Below are positions 29,965 to 43,900 of a stretch of 64,000 nt of DNA, piece by piece (within the stretch, counting starts at the first letter, position 1; each line of letters begins with the position of its first letter). Source of the stretch: Gammaproteobacteria bacterium (GTDB taxonomy: Bacteria; Pseudomonadota; Gammaproteobacteria; Ga0077554; Ga007554); assembly GCA_021731145.1 (NCBI GenBank), contig JAKFXX010000026.1, positions 11,196 through 75,195 of the forward strand, in the 5' to 3' direction. The notes beneath the pieces are model-generated. The model was not told where the DNA came from. It saw only the letters and a program-made list of their open reading frames with translations, and ran no database searches. Both the position numbers and the translations under genes were made by a program.

Positions 29965-30057
29965 GACCACTCTCCTTTGGTATGAACATGACTTGCCACA
30001 GCATCTGGCGTGGAAGGCAAATGAAATCAGGGATGCACGCGAACCCCGGCTGCCGTT

Positions 30058-33750
<3,693 letters not shown>

Positions 33751-33842
33751 AAGTATTCAGTGTAGTTTGGCTCAAGCGGCACCATCCCCTTTTTTCAAAG
33801 GACGGAAGGGCAGGCAGAATGATGCAAGCCGCATATTATCGC

Positions 33843-34526
33843 CTATCTGCGCCGCAATATCGCTATCCAGCGCCACAGATTGAACAAACTGGCCAGCGAA
33901 CCGGCCACATAGGTGAGGGCGCACGCCCGCAGGATGCGGCGCGCGGCGCGTTCCTCCTGCGCCGAGATGTAGCCCCCGTCGCGCAACACCGGCAACGCCC
34001 GGCCAAAACTGGCGTCCCATTCCACGGGCAGGGTAACGAGATGAACGAGGGTCGACATGGCAAAACCGGCAAGACCCACGAGGAATAGCGCAAAACCCGC
34101 CGATGGGGAGCGCGCCAGCGCTGCCGCCACGGGTATCAGCAGCATCGCCAAGGACGCCAGCTTTTCAGTGCGCTGCGCAATCTGCACCAGGTTGCTGCGC
34201 ATCTTCAGGGGACCATATCCGGCCTGATCCTGCAATGCGTGCCCCACCTCATGCGCCGCCACCGCCACAGCCGTGAGCGATTTGCCATTGAGATAGGCAG
34301 GGCTGAGCCGCACGCGCTTGGCGAGGGGATCGTAATGATCGCCGCTGTCGGTTTGCTCCACACCCACATCAAACAGACCGTGTTTGTCCAACAGGTGCCG
34401 CGCCAATTGGCCGCCGGTGCCGGGCAATTCATCCTGGGTCTTGCTGTAACGCTTGAGAACGTGCCGCGCCCAGAATTGCAGGCCGAAGACGATGAGAATG
34501 CCAAGCAGGACAAGAACGATATACAT
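33843..34526 (-). CDS. YugP-like membrane zinc metallopeptidase
   Basis: DHYDP, AVAAHEVGHALQD, LVTLPVEWDAS, ACALTYVA. Confidence 0.9.
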   Translation of the reverse strand: MYIVLVLLGILIVFGLQFWARHVLKRYSKTQDELPGTGGQLARHLLDKHGLFDVGVEQTDSGDHYDPLAKRVRLSPAYLNGKSLTAVAVAAHEVGHALQDQAGYGPLKMRSNLVQIAQRTEKLASLAMLLIPVAAALARSPSAGFALFLVGLAGFAMSTLVHLVTLPVEWDASFGRALPVLRDGGYISAQEERAARRILRACALTYVAGSLASLFNLWRWIAILRRR

Positions 34527-34576
34527 AAACACAGCCCCACGTTTGCCTGCCAGCAACCAAGGGAAGTTGTTGCAGC

Positions 34577-35083
34577 CTAAAGTGACGAAATCGGCTTTGC
34601 AACGCCGACCGCATGGAGTTTTGGGGCAGCCTCCTTGGCGCTGAATAAATCAACGCTTTCCGCGACGAAATACACGCCGCGAAACTCGCCATCCACAGGC
34701 TTGAGAACCAGGAAATAGGTCTGGCCGCCCGCAAAAGACCATTTCTTGTCTTTCGACATTTCCTTGATGGTCCAGTTCGGGCCGACAGCGGTCTTTGATT
34801 TCAGGGTCATCGTGGTGGTGGCGCGGGGCTTCAGGCGCAGCATGGTGTACTCGCCCTTGCCCAGCGTCAGCAGCCTTTCCTGATCCATCTCAATGGTCAG
34901 CGGATTATCGGGAAACCCCATGGCGCGCTCGGTGTTTGGGCGCAGAAAATAGACTGTGGCATAAGGTCCACTACCGCTTTTTTCCATCAATGGGTGATTT
35001 GACACAATCTTCGTCGATGCGCACCCGGACACGCCCAGTGCGGCCAGTGTCAGCAAAATACCGAAAAAAGCTTGTTTTTTCAT
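34577..35083 (-). CDS. DUF2846-like lipoprotein
   Basis: Start revised to MKKQAFFG; lipobox VSGC; ATVYFLRP, GQTYFL. Confidence 0.75.
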   Translation of the reverse strand: MKKQAFFGILLTLAALGVSGCASTKIVSNHPLMEKSGSGPYATVYFLRPNTERAMGFPDNPLTIEMDQERLLTLGKGEYTMLRLKPRATTTMTLKSKTAVGPNWTIKEMSKDKKWSFAGGQTYFLVLKPVDGEFRGVYFVAESVDLFSAKEAAPKLHAVGVAKPISSL

Positions 35084-35195
35084 CACATTTCCCCCGCCAG
35101 GAAGTAAAATAGGCGTTTTAATGATAATCTCACTCTTTTGACTGCAATACAATGCGTTAAAATATCCTGCTTGAACCAAGGAACGCAATAACACC

Positions 35196-36413
35196 ATGTC
35201 CAAACTCGTAAAACCCCATGGCGGCGGGGAGCTCAAGCCGCTGCTGCTGCAAGGCGCAGAACGCGCCGCTGAACTTGCTCGCGCACAGGGCTTGCCCAAG
35301 GTGCGCATCAGCTCGCGCGAGGCTGGCGATCTGATCATGATGGGCATCGGCGGCTTCACCCCGCTGGAAGGCTTCATGACCCGCGCCGACTGGGAAGGCG
35401 TATGCGATGGCTTCCGCATGGCCAACGGGCTGTTCTGGCCGATCCCTATCACGCTCTCCACGGATAAAACCACCGCCGACAGTATCAAAACCGGTGCCGA
35501 AATCGCCCTGATCAGTGACGAAAGCGACGAAATCATGGCGACCATGTGCGTCACCGAGAAATACACCATCGACAAGGAGCATGAGTGCGTCATGGTGTTC
35601 AAGACCACCGACGCCGAGCACCCTGGCGTGCAGATGGTCATGGCGCAGGGCGATATCAATCTCGCCGGGCCGGTGAAAGTCTTGTCCGAGGGTGATTTCC
35701 CGACCCGCTTTGCCGATACCTACCTCACCCCTGCCCAGACCCGCGCCCAGTTTGAGGCCAAGGGCTGGTCAACGATAGCCGCTTTCCAGACACGCAATCC
35801 AATGCACCGCTCGCATGAGTATCTGGTGAAAATCGCGGTGGAGATCTGTGATGGCGTATTGGTCCACTCGCTGTTGGGCAAGCTCAAGCCCGGCGACATC
35901 CCCGCCGAGGTGCGCAGCAACGCGATCAGCACGCTGATCGACAAGTATTTCGTGAAGGACACCGTAATCCAGGCCGGTTATCCGCTCGACATGCGCTACG
36001 CCGGGCCACGCGAGGCGCTGCTGCACGCGCTGTTCCGCCAGAACTACGGCTGCTCGCACCTGATCGTGGGCCGCGACCACGCCGGGGTGGGCGACTACTA
36101 CGGTCCGTTCGACGCCCAACACATCTTCGACGAAATCCCCGCCGGGGCGCTGGAAACCAAACCGCTGAAGATCGACTGGACCTTCTGGTGCTACAAGTGC
36201 GGCGGCATGGCCTCGATGAAAACCTGCCCGCACGAGGCACAAGACCGCCTGCTGCTGTCCGGCAGCAAGCTGCGCAAAGCGCTGTCCGAAGGCGGCGAAG
36301 TCCCCGCCGAGTTCAGCCGTTCCGAGGTGCTGGCGATCCTGCGCGACTACTACGCCACCATCAAGGATGAAGATAAGGTAGAGGTAAAGTTAAGCGGGCA
36401 TTCGGCAAAATAA
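35196..36413 (+). CDS. sat: sulfate adenylyltransferase (ATP sulfurylase), sulfur-oxidiser/dissimilatory type
   Basis: [38 protein letters not shown], Zn motif CYKC...CPH, C-terminal LSGHSAK. Confidence 0.96.
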   Translation: MSKLVKPHGGGELKPLLLQGAERAAELARAQGLPKVRISSREAGDLIMMGIGGFTPLEGFMTRADWEGVCDGFRMANGLFWPIPITLSTDKTTADSIKTGAEIALISDESDEIMATMCVTEKYTIDKEHECVMVFKTTDAEHPGVQMVMAQGDINLAGPVKVLSEGDFPTRFADTYLTPAQTRAQFEAKGWSTIAAFQTRNPMHRSHEYLVKIAVEICDGVLVHSLLGKLKPGDIPAEVRSNAISTLIDKYFVKDTVIQAGYPLDMRYAGPREALLHALFRQNYGCSHLIVGRDHAGVGDYYGPFDAQHIFDEIPAGALETKPLKIDWTFWCYKCGGMASMKTCPHEAQDRLLLSGSKLRKALSEGGEVPAEFSRSEVLAILRDYYATIKDEDKVEVKLSGHSAK

Positions 36414-36416
36414 TCC

Positions 36417-36451
36417 AAAGCAGGGGCGGGATTGAAAGCCGCCCCTGCTTT
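36417..36451. terminator. bidirectional intrinsic terminator
   Basis: AAAGCAGGGGCGG-loop-CCGCCCCTGCTTT between convergent genes. Confidence 0.8.
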
Positions 36452-36457
36452 ATTCCA

Positions 36458-36883
36458 TCATTTCATCTTGCCTTCCAGAGCCCGCACATCCCGCAGCTCA
36501 TCGGCGGAGTAGATTTCCTCCATCGCCACGCTCGAGCTGCGGTGCGGCATCAGCAGCAATTCGGCCAGATCCTTGGTATTTTGATCCGCCGCGTTTAGCG
36601 TGCCCTCAGCCATTTTGTGGAGAGTGACGGAATAGTTATAGCCGCCTTCCGCAAACACCATCTCAACAAACTTTTTGCGCGCGTCCGGGGGCAGGCTCAA
36701 CGGGGACATGGAAAGTTGCTGCTTCTCTTGCACGCTCTGATAAGCCTTGGCGAGCGCTTCCAGCGCGGCTTTGTCGCCGATGGGGGCGGCCGTTTTCGGG
36801 AGTCCCGCCATGTCGCATGCCGCAATGCTCATCAGAAGCACTGCCGCACCGGTCAATCTGGAAAATGTGCTAAATGTAATCAT
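36458..36883 (-). CDS. hypothetical lipoprotein
   Basis: Lipobox IAAC; helical; family not recognised. Confidence 0.7.
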   Translation of the reverse strand: MITFSTFSRLTGAAVLLMSIAACDMAGLPKTAAPIGDKAALEALAKAYQSVQEKQQLSMSPLSLPPDARKKFVEMVFAEGGYNYSVTLHKMAEGTLNAADQNTKDLAELLLMPHRSSSVAMEEIYSADELRDVRALEGKMK

Positions 36884-36959
36884 AACGAATGGACCCGGCT
36901 CTGTGGTCAAAAATAAAGATCATACGACAACACTCTTTCGTTTGCAGTTCCGGCTCTAA

Positions 36960-37123
36960 GAACCTGTTCACGATCTTGATCAAGGGATGCAGTGCAAGGC
37001 AAAATCGAACGAAAAAGCGGAGCATACACGAAGTATGTGAGCATTTTGAGTTCGATTTTCCTCGGTACCCCCTTGAGGGGTGAACGCCGCAATGCGCCCT
37101 TCAGCGAGATCGCGAACAGGTTC
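36960..37123. mobile_element. MITE with terminal inverted repeats and TAA target duplication
   Basis: GAACCTGTTCACGATCT ... AGATCGCGAACAGGTTC (1 mismatch), TAA on both sides; internal palindromes; no transposase. Confidence 0.85.
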
Positions 37124-37131
37124 TAAGCCGC

Positions 37132-37689
37132 CTATTCCTTCTTCTGCACCTTGTTAAGCAGGTTCGCAATGTCGGCATGATCCTCCTTGACCGCCATCAT
37201 CATTGCCGTCCAGCCTTCCTGATTTTTGATGTTCGGGTCAGCTCCGTGGGCCAGCAGCAGCTTCACGGTCTCGATGTATCCCCCGAACGCCGCCCAGTGT
37301 AAAGCTGTCCCGCCGCTGTCTTCCTGTGCGTTGATGTCGGCGCCATGCGCCAGCAGCGCTTCCACGATATCGGTATGCCCTTTCTGGGCAGCCCGCACCA
37401 AGGGGGTCCAGCCCATGTGATCCTTGACGTTAACCTGCGCGCTACTGGCGAGCAGCAGTTTGACCATGTGCAGATTTCCCGATCTCGCCGCGTGCGTTAA
37501 CGCCGTCCAATCGTATTTATTCTTTGCATTAACATCAACACCTTGCGCCAGCATCTGCTTGACTGCCGCTGCGTCGCCATCCATGACTTTTTCCATCAAG
37601 GGGGTATTCTTGTCGCCGCCCGCCACCAGCAAAATAATCAGCGCGGCAACCATAAAGGCAATGATGATGAAAATTCTTCGGCGAACCAT
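37132..37689 (-). CDS. membrane-anchored ankyrin-repeat protein
   Basis: N-terminal TM helix; about five ANK repeats (GxTALHxAA...LLxxGADxN). Confidence 0.92.
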   Translation of the reverse strand: MVRRRIFIIIAFMVAALIILLVAGGDKNTPLMEKVMDGDAAAVKQMLAQGVDVNAKNKYDWTALTHAARSGNLHMVKLLLASSAQVNVKDHMGWTPLVRAAQKGHTDIVEALLAHGADINAQEDSGGTALHWAAFGGYIETVKLLLAHGADPNIKNQEGWTAMMMAVKEDHADIANLLNKVQKKE

Positions 37690-37793
37690 ATTTTTCTGGT
37701 GTCTTTAGTAAAGCGGCCATGAGCAACCGCTTATGTTAGCAAGCACACCGGCAACCGCGCTACGTTGCCGGCGTAATGACAAACTTAAATAAG

Positions 37794-38726
37794 TTACAGG
37801 TGATAGCCAAAGCTATCCTTGAAACGGGCGTAAAATTCCTCGCGCTCGAAGCGGTGGTTCTGGGTGCCGTGATGCTCGATCTTGATCGCCCCCATGAGCG
37901 ACGCGACGCGGCCCGTGGTTTCCCAATCCATGCCGTTCATCAAGCCGTATAGCAGGCCGGCGCGGTAGGCATCGCCACAGCCGGTGGGATCCGCCACCGC
38001 CCTGGGTGCGGCGCAGGGGATGTCGATGCGCTTGTTTGCGGTATAGATGTGCGAGCCCTCGCCACCAAGCGTGATGATCAGCGCATCGACATGCTCGGCC
38101 AGTTCATGCGGTGACTTGCCGGTACGCTCCTGCATGAGCTGCGCTTCGTAGTCATTGAGCGTCACCCAGGTGGCCTGCTCGACGAACTTCATCAGGTCAT
38201 CGCCATCAAACATGGGCATGCCCTGGCCGGGATCAAAGATGAAGGGGGCGCCCGCCTCGGCAAACTGGGCGGCGTGTTGCAGCATGCCGTCGCGGCCATC
38301 GGGCGAAACGATGCCGAGAGTGACGCCTGTGGCGTTTTCAATCTGATTTTCATGGGAAAAATTCATGGCGCCGGGATGAAAGGCGGTAATCTGGTTGTCG
38401 TCCATGTCGGTGGTGATGAACGCCTGTGCGGTGTAGGTGTTGTCGATCACTTTGACGTGCTCAAGACCGACGCCGCAACGCCCCAGCCATTCGGCATAGG
38501 GGCCGAAGTCCGCCCCTACCGTCCCCATCAACGTGGGCTCGCCGCCCAGCAGCTTGAGGTTATAGGCAATATTGCCCGCGCAGCCGCCAAATTCGCGGCG
38601 CATGTTTGCCACCAGAAAGGACACATTCAGGATATGCACCTTGTCAGGCAGGATGTGATTCTTGAATTTGTCATGAAACAACATGATGGTATCATAGGCA
38701 ATGGATCCACAGATCAGGGCTGACAT
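37794..38726 (-). CDS. PfkB-family nucleoside/adenosine kinase
   Basis: GSIAYDTIM, FGGCAGNIAY, DNQITAFHPGAM, DPTGCGDAYRAG. Confidence 0.9.
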   Translation of the reverse strand: MSALICGSIAYDTIMLFHDKFKNHILPDKVHILNVSFLVANMRREFGGCAGNIAYNLKLLGGEPTLMGTVGADFGPYAEWLGRCGVGLEHVKVIDNTYTAQAFITTDMDDNQITAFHPGAMNFSHENQIENATGVTLGIVSPDGRDGMLQHAAQFAEAGAPFIFDPGQGMPMFDGDDLMKFVEQATWVTLNDYEAQLMQERTGKSPHELAEHVDALIITLGGEGSHIYTANKRIDIPCAAPRAVADPTGCGDAYRAGLLYGLMNGMDWETTGRVASLMGAIKIEHHGTQNHRFEREEFYARFKDSFGYHL

Positions 38727-38969
38727 AGGTATTTTCCGGTTTGGTTTATAAGGATGTAAAAAGGGATTATACGGGGTTCCCGCACCGGTTTTCGAGTGCG
38801 GATGGATTAGTGCAAACCCGGGCAGGTTTCCGCTTGACTGATAACTCTGTGAATCTTGGCGGCTACGCCTGTCAAGAAAGTCCTCGATTTAGCCGATAAA
38901 CACCATGCCACTGAATCACAAACGCGCTGACTAGCGACCTGCCGCACGGGTGTTAAGGATGCACCAGAA

Positions 38970-39533
38970 ATGACAAGCATTACCAGGATAATCACGCTTT
39001 TACTTTTATGTCCACTCATGGTGGCGGGGATCGGCCACGCGCAGGAAATCTCCGCTGGCGCTACAGCACAAACATTGCGGGGCGAGCTTTTCTCCCTGGA
39101 CGATAAGGTGCAATCTCTCCAAAAATCGGCGGCGGACATAAACCGCGACCTCACGATCCTTGAGGAAGAGGCGCAATTTCCGGAAAAATCCCGCATCTCG
39201 GCTTTTCTGGGCATGGACCATCTGCCGCGTTTCGATCTGCACTCGGTTGATTTAAAGCTCGATGGCAAAACCGTGTCGGCGCATGCCTACACACCCGAGG
39301 AAAAATCGGCGCTGCGGCGTGGCGGCATGCACCGCATCCATATTGGCAAGCTGAGCACGGGGGAGCACAGACTGGTGGCGGCTTTCACAGGGAAAACCCC
39401 CACCGATCCGCAATACAGCAATACCGTGTCATTCAATTTCAGGAAAGAACAGAAACCCAAAGCCATTGTTCTGAACATTTCCGACCTATTGCAGGATGAC
39501 ATGCCGGAAATCACCGCGCGCGAAATACGCTAA
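38970..39533 (+). CDS. exported coiled-coil/beta-sandwich protein, first gene of the TPR-ExbBD cluster
   Basis: Signal peptide; INRDLTILEEE, LDGKTV...HAYT...ALRRGGMHRIHIGKL..GEH. Confidence 0.75.
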   Translation: MTSITRIITLLLLCPLMVAGIGHAQEISAGATAQTLRGELFSLDDKVQSLQKSAADINRDLTILEEEAQFPEKSRISAFLGMDHLPRFDLHSVDLKLDGKTVSAHAYTPEEKSALRRGGMHRIHIGKLSTGEHRLVAAFTGKTPTDPQYSNTVSFNFRKEQKPKAIVLNISDLLQDDMPEITAREIR

Positions 39534-39544
39534 CAGATAATGCG

Positions 39545-40990
39545 ATGAAACAACGTGGCATAAAACATCAGATAGCTCAGTGGGCGTTATGGCTTGCCGC
39601 AAGCCTCGCCTTGCCGGCAGGCCATGCGGCGGACGATCTGCGCGACGACATCGCCTGGAAAGTGAACGACCCGCGCCTCGGCGAGGCCTTGTTCAGCTTT
39701 TACCAAGGCGATTATTTCTCCGCCATAACGCGAATCGAAGCCTCCCAGAAAACGCAGGCGCTGGCTGAACAGCAGGACGAGGGCGAACTGCTGCTTGGCA
39801 TGCTCTATCTTTCCTATGGCATGAGCAACGAGGCGCAGAAAACTTTTTCTCGCCTGTCCAGCAAGAACTCCTCCCCCGCCGGGAGCGCCGCCACACTCTA
39901 TCTTGCCCAAATCCTTTACCGGCGGGATGATCTTGCCGAGGCCGAAAAACTTGTCGCTAAAATCAACGAAAATCTCCCCCCCGGCCTGCGGGAAAAGCGG
40001 GATCTGCTGCTGGCCGATATCCTGATCGCAAAAAAACAATACGCCGAAGCCGAAAAGGCGCTGCTTCGCCTAAGTGATGACTCAGACGAGGGCTATTACC
40101 GCCGCCATAACCTCGCGGCAAACATGATCAAGGCGGGGCAAACTCAACAGGGCCTGGCACTGTTGAATAAAATCAGCAACACCTCTCCGGACAGAATCAG
40201 CAACAACCTCGAAATGAAAACGTTGCAGGACAAGGCCAACCTCGCGCTTGGTTACAGCAGCCTGCAGGCGAAAAAACCGGGGGAGGCAAAGGCCTATTTT
40301 AATAAAGTCCGCCTGGACGGTTATTTCTCGTCCAACGCATTGCTGGGCATGGGGCTGGCCGAGGCAGCGCTGGGCCAACGGCAACGCGCCATCATCCCCT
40401 GGATGGAGCTGCAAAAACGTGACGCCAGAATCCCGGAGGTGCAAGAGGCGCTACTCGCCGTGCCTGACGCCTTGTTCAAGCTCGAATCTTACAAAGAATC
40501 GCTACAGCATTATGAGAGCGCCGTCTCCGTATACAAAGCGGAAATTGAGCGCATCACCTCATCCATGGAGGCCATCCGCGCCGGGAAGATGCTGGACATT
40601 CTGGGCAAGGATGCGGCCAGTGAGTCACAGTGGCAGGCGGGCCTGCGCATGCTCAAGGATCAACGCGAAAGCCGTTATCTGCCGTGGCTGATGGAAAACC
40701 CGCTGTTCCAGAAGGCCATCACGCTCTACCGTAGCGCCCTCGCCCAGCAGGACATCCTGAAAGCACGACAAGCCAGCCTTGGACGGGACAACACCGCTGC
40801 GTTTGGTAGCGCCATCGCACAACAGTTGACGGAAGCACAGACGGTCATACAAAAAACCGGGACGTATCTTCAGGGGTTGGCCATGTCTGATCTGGAGCAG
40901 CGCAAGCAGCGCCTGGGCAACTATCTTGCCCAGGCGAATATCAGCGTGGCCCAGCTCTATCACAACGCCTCGGTGCGCGGGGATGAATAA
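39545..40990 (+). CDS. exported TPR protein (GltC-like position)
   Basis: Signal peptide; GEALFSFYQGDYFSAI, LSYGM, DKANLALG; TPR helices; C-terminal coiled coil. Confidence 0.8.
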   Translation: MKQRGIKHQIAQWALWLAASLALPAGHAADDLRDDIAWKVNDPRLGEALFSFYQGDYFSAITRIEASQKTQALAEQQDEGELLLGMLYLSYGMSNEAQKTFSRLSSKNSSPAGSAATLYLAQILYRRDDLAEAEKLVAKINENLPPGLREKRDLLLADILIAKKQYAEAEKALLRLSDDSDEGYYRRHNLAANMIKAGQTQQGLALLNKISNTSPDRISNNLEMKTLQDKANLALGYSSLQAKKPGEAKAYFNKVRLDGYFSSNALLGMGLAEAALGQRQRAIIPWMELQKRDARIPEVQEALLAVPDALFKLESYKESLQHYESAVSVYKAEIERITSSMEAIRAGKMLDILGKDAASESQWQAGLRMLKDQRESRYLPWLMENPLFQKAITLYRSALAQQDILKARQASLGRDNTAAFGSAIAQQLTEAQTVIQKTGTYLQGLAMSDLEQRKQRLGNYLAQANISVAQLYHNASVRGDE

Positions 40991-40991
40991 C

Positions 40992-43900
40992 ATGAAACTC
41001 CGTCGCGGCCTGGTCACTTTGCCCCTGTTGGTGCTGGCGGCCTGCACCCAGGTTAAAGACGACAGCCAGACCCTGAAAAACCTCGAACATCGCAGCGTCT
41101 CCGTTACAAAAGATACCACCCTCCCGGACAGCCGCAGCAAGGCCATCGAGCAATATCAATCCATTGCAGGCACGACGAATGACAAATCCGTCCAGCGCGA
41201 GGCAAAACGCAAGATTGCCGATCTGGAAGTGGATAATGCGGAGGCCATTTTCCTGGAAAAGATCAAAAAATCCGAGCTGGACGCCCAAACCAGCGCGCCG
41301 CCGCCCCCCGTTGACAACCGCAATGCGATTAATTTGTACCAGGAGCTGTTGCAGGAGCAAGCACCCAAATCCGACGCTGAAAACACGCTGTATCAACTGG
41401 CGAAAGCGTATGAGCAAAGCGGCGATTATCAAAATACCCTGCAGACACTGACCCGCCTGGCCAATGCCTATCCCAAGATAGGCTACATGGATGAGATCCA
41501 GTTCCGGCGCGGGGAAATTCTGTTTACATTAAGGGACTATGCTCAGGCCGAGAAGGCCTATGCCTCCCTTTTGCCCATGAAAAAATCCCAGCTTTACGAG
41601 ATGGCGCTGTATAAACATGGCTGGAGCCTGTACAAGCAGGAACAGTATTTGCCCGCCCTCGATTCATTCTTTGCGATTCTGGACAAAAAATTTCCTGTGA
41701 ACAAGGCCGTAGCGGATGACTTTGTCTTGCCGCGCGGAGAACAGGAGTTTGTAAAAGATACGCTGCGCGTTATCAGCCTCAGCTTTTATCACCTCAATGG
41801 CGCGGGATCAATCACCTCGTATCTTTCTGCCAAAGGTTATCGCCCGTATGAACACCTCCTGTACAAATCCCTCGGTGACCTTGCCCTTGAGAAAGACCGT
41901 GTCAGCGACGCCGTAAACAGTTACAAAGCCTTCATCAAAACGCATCCAGGCCATCCCTACAGTGTGCTCATGCAGCAGAAAATCATCGACGCCTATAAAA
42001 GGCCTGAGTTCGCATCCTTGCTCCTGCCTGAAAAACGGGAGTTTGTCCGCGTTTACGATGAATACAATCAACGACGCATCAGCAACTCCACAAAAACATA
42101 TGCCGAACACCTGATTTACGGTGACAAAATCGCCCAAGACAAGATCACCTCCTATTTAAGGGTCATCCTTGAGGACTTGGCCCGTCATTATCATGCTGAA
42201 GCGCAAAAGAGCAAGGAGCGCGCGGCATACAAGGAAGCCATGGATTGGTATACAAAATTCCTGAAGAACTTTCCCGCGGATAACGACGCCCCAGGCATCA
42301 CTTTCCTGCTCGCTGAAAGCTTGTACGAAAATGGACGCTATGCCGATGCGGTAACGCGTTACGAAAATGTCGCTTATGATTTTCCCACCAATCAAAATGG
42401 TGCCGAAGCGGGCTACGCGGCCCTGATCGCCTATCAGAAACATGGGGAAAAACTCTCGGGCTATGAAAAAAATCTGTGGCGGCGCAATGCCGTGGTGAGC
42501 GCGCTGCGGTTCTCCGAAAAGTATCCCAAGGACAAACGGGTGCCCGCCATTCTGGCCTCCGCGATGGAAGAGCTGTTCTCTCTAAAGCAGTATGACAAGG
42601 CCGAATTCGCCGCGCGGCTCATTCTGAAAATGGAGCCACCCGCTGATATCAAGCAGCGCCGCATGGCGGCAACCATCATCGCGCACTCCGAGTTCGAACG
42701 GGATAATTTTGAACGCGCGGAGGCGAGCTATCGTGAGGTATTGAATCTGCTTCCCGCAGATGATCCCGGCAGAGTGGAGATCATGGAGCATCTGGCATCC
42801 GCAATATACCGGGAAGGTGAACAATCCCGTACTGCGGGCGACATGCCGACGGCTATCCAGCACTTCCTTCGGGTCGGCGTGGCGGCGCCTGCATCACCCA
42901 TCCGCCTCTCGGCGGAATATGATGCCGCTGTCGGCTATATGTCGCTAAACGACTGGAGTAACGCGCTGCGCATCTTCAGCCAGTTCCAGAAAGCCTATCC
43001 TGACAACGCCTTCCAGGCCGATGTGTCACGGCAAATCGTAACGGCCTACCTCCAGTTGGACCAGCCATCCAAGGCCGCTGCCGAACTTGAAAAGACGATT
43101 GCCAGCAACAAGGATGCCCCGGTTCGCCAAGACGCCGCGTGGCAAGCCGCAGAGCTTTATGAGAAAGCCAAGGATACCAAGAACGCTACCAGGGTCTATG
43201 GCTTGTATGTCCAACAGTTCCCCAGCCCGCTGGAGCAGGCCATCGAGGCGCGCCGCCGCCTTGCGGAAGCCTATAAACAAGACAATGACACGGGCATGCA
43301 AAATTATTGGCTGAAGGACATCATCAAGGCGGATCGGGAAGGTGGCGCGGAGCGCACACCGCGCACCCGCCAAACCGCAGCCCATGCCTCAATCACATTG
43401 GCGGATCTCGCCTATCAGGCATTTACTCAGGCACGGCTGATTGAGCCGTTGCAACAAAATCTGAAAATCAAAAAGGAAAAAATGGAAGCGGCCTTGCAGG
43501 CCTACGGCACTGCCGCAGAGTTTGGCGTGGCGGATGTAACAACTGCCGCGACGTACCAGATGGCAAAGATATACAGCGACCTCAGCCGAGATCTGCTTGA
43601 ATCCCAGCGCCCCGAAGGACTCACCCCCGAGGAGCGGGAGCAATATGATGTACTCCTGGAAGAGCAAGCCTTTCCGTTTGAAGAGAAGGCCATCCAGATA
43701 TATGAGTCGAATATCCGGCGCGTGTCCTCCGGCATCTATGACGAATCCGTCAGAAAAAGCTTTTCCGAACTGGGTAAACTATTGCCTGTGAAGTATGCAA
43801 AACACGAGAAAAGCGAACCCTTGACCGGCGTTACGTTGAGCAATGACGGCAAGGATGAAGACGAAAAGGCATTAATTAAAGCCACCGAACAAGTCCCGCC

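Noticed and set aside
29985-30000. Sigma54-like TGGCAAG on the minus strand before the glycine-zipper lipoprotein
   Set aside because: No GC at the -12 position.
35084-35659. N-terminal part of the 360-aa ORF 34577..35659
   Set aside because: It is antisense shadow of sat; the real gene starts at 35083 with a lipoprotein signal.
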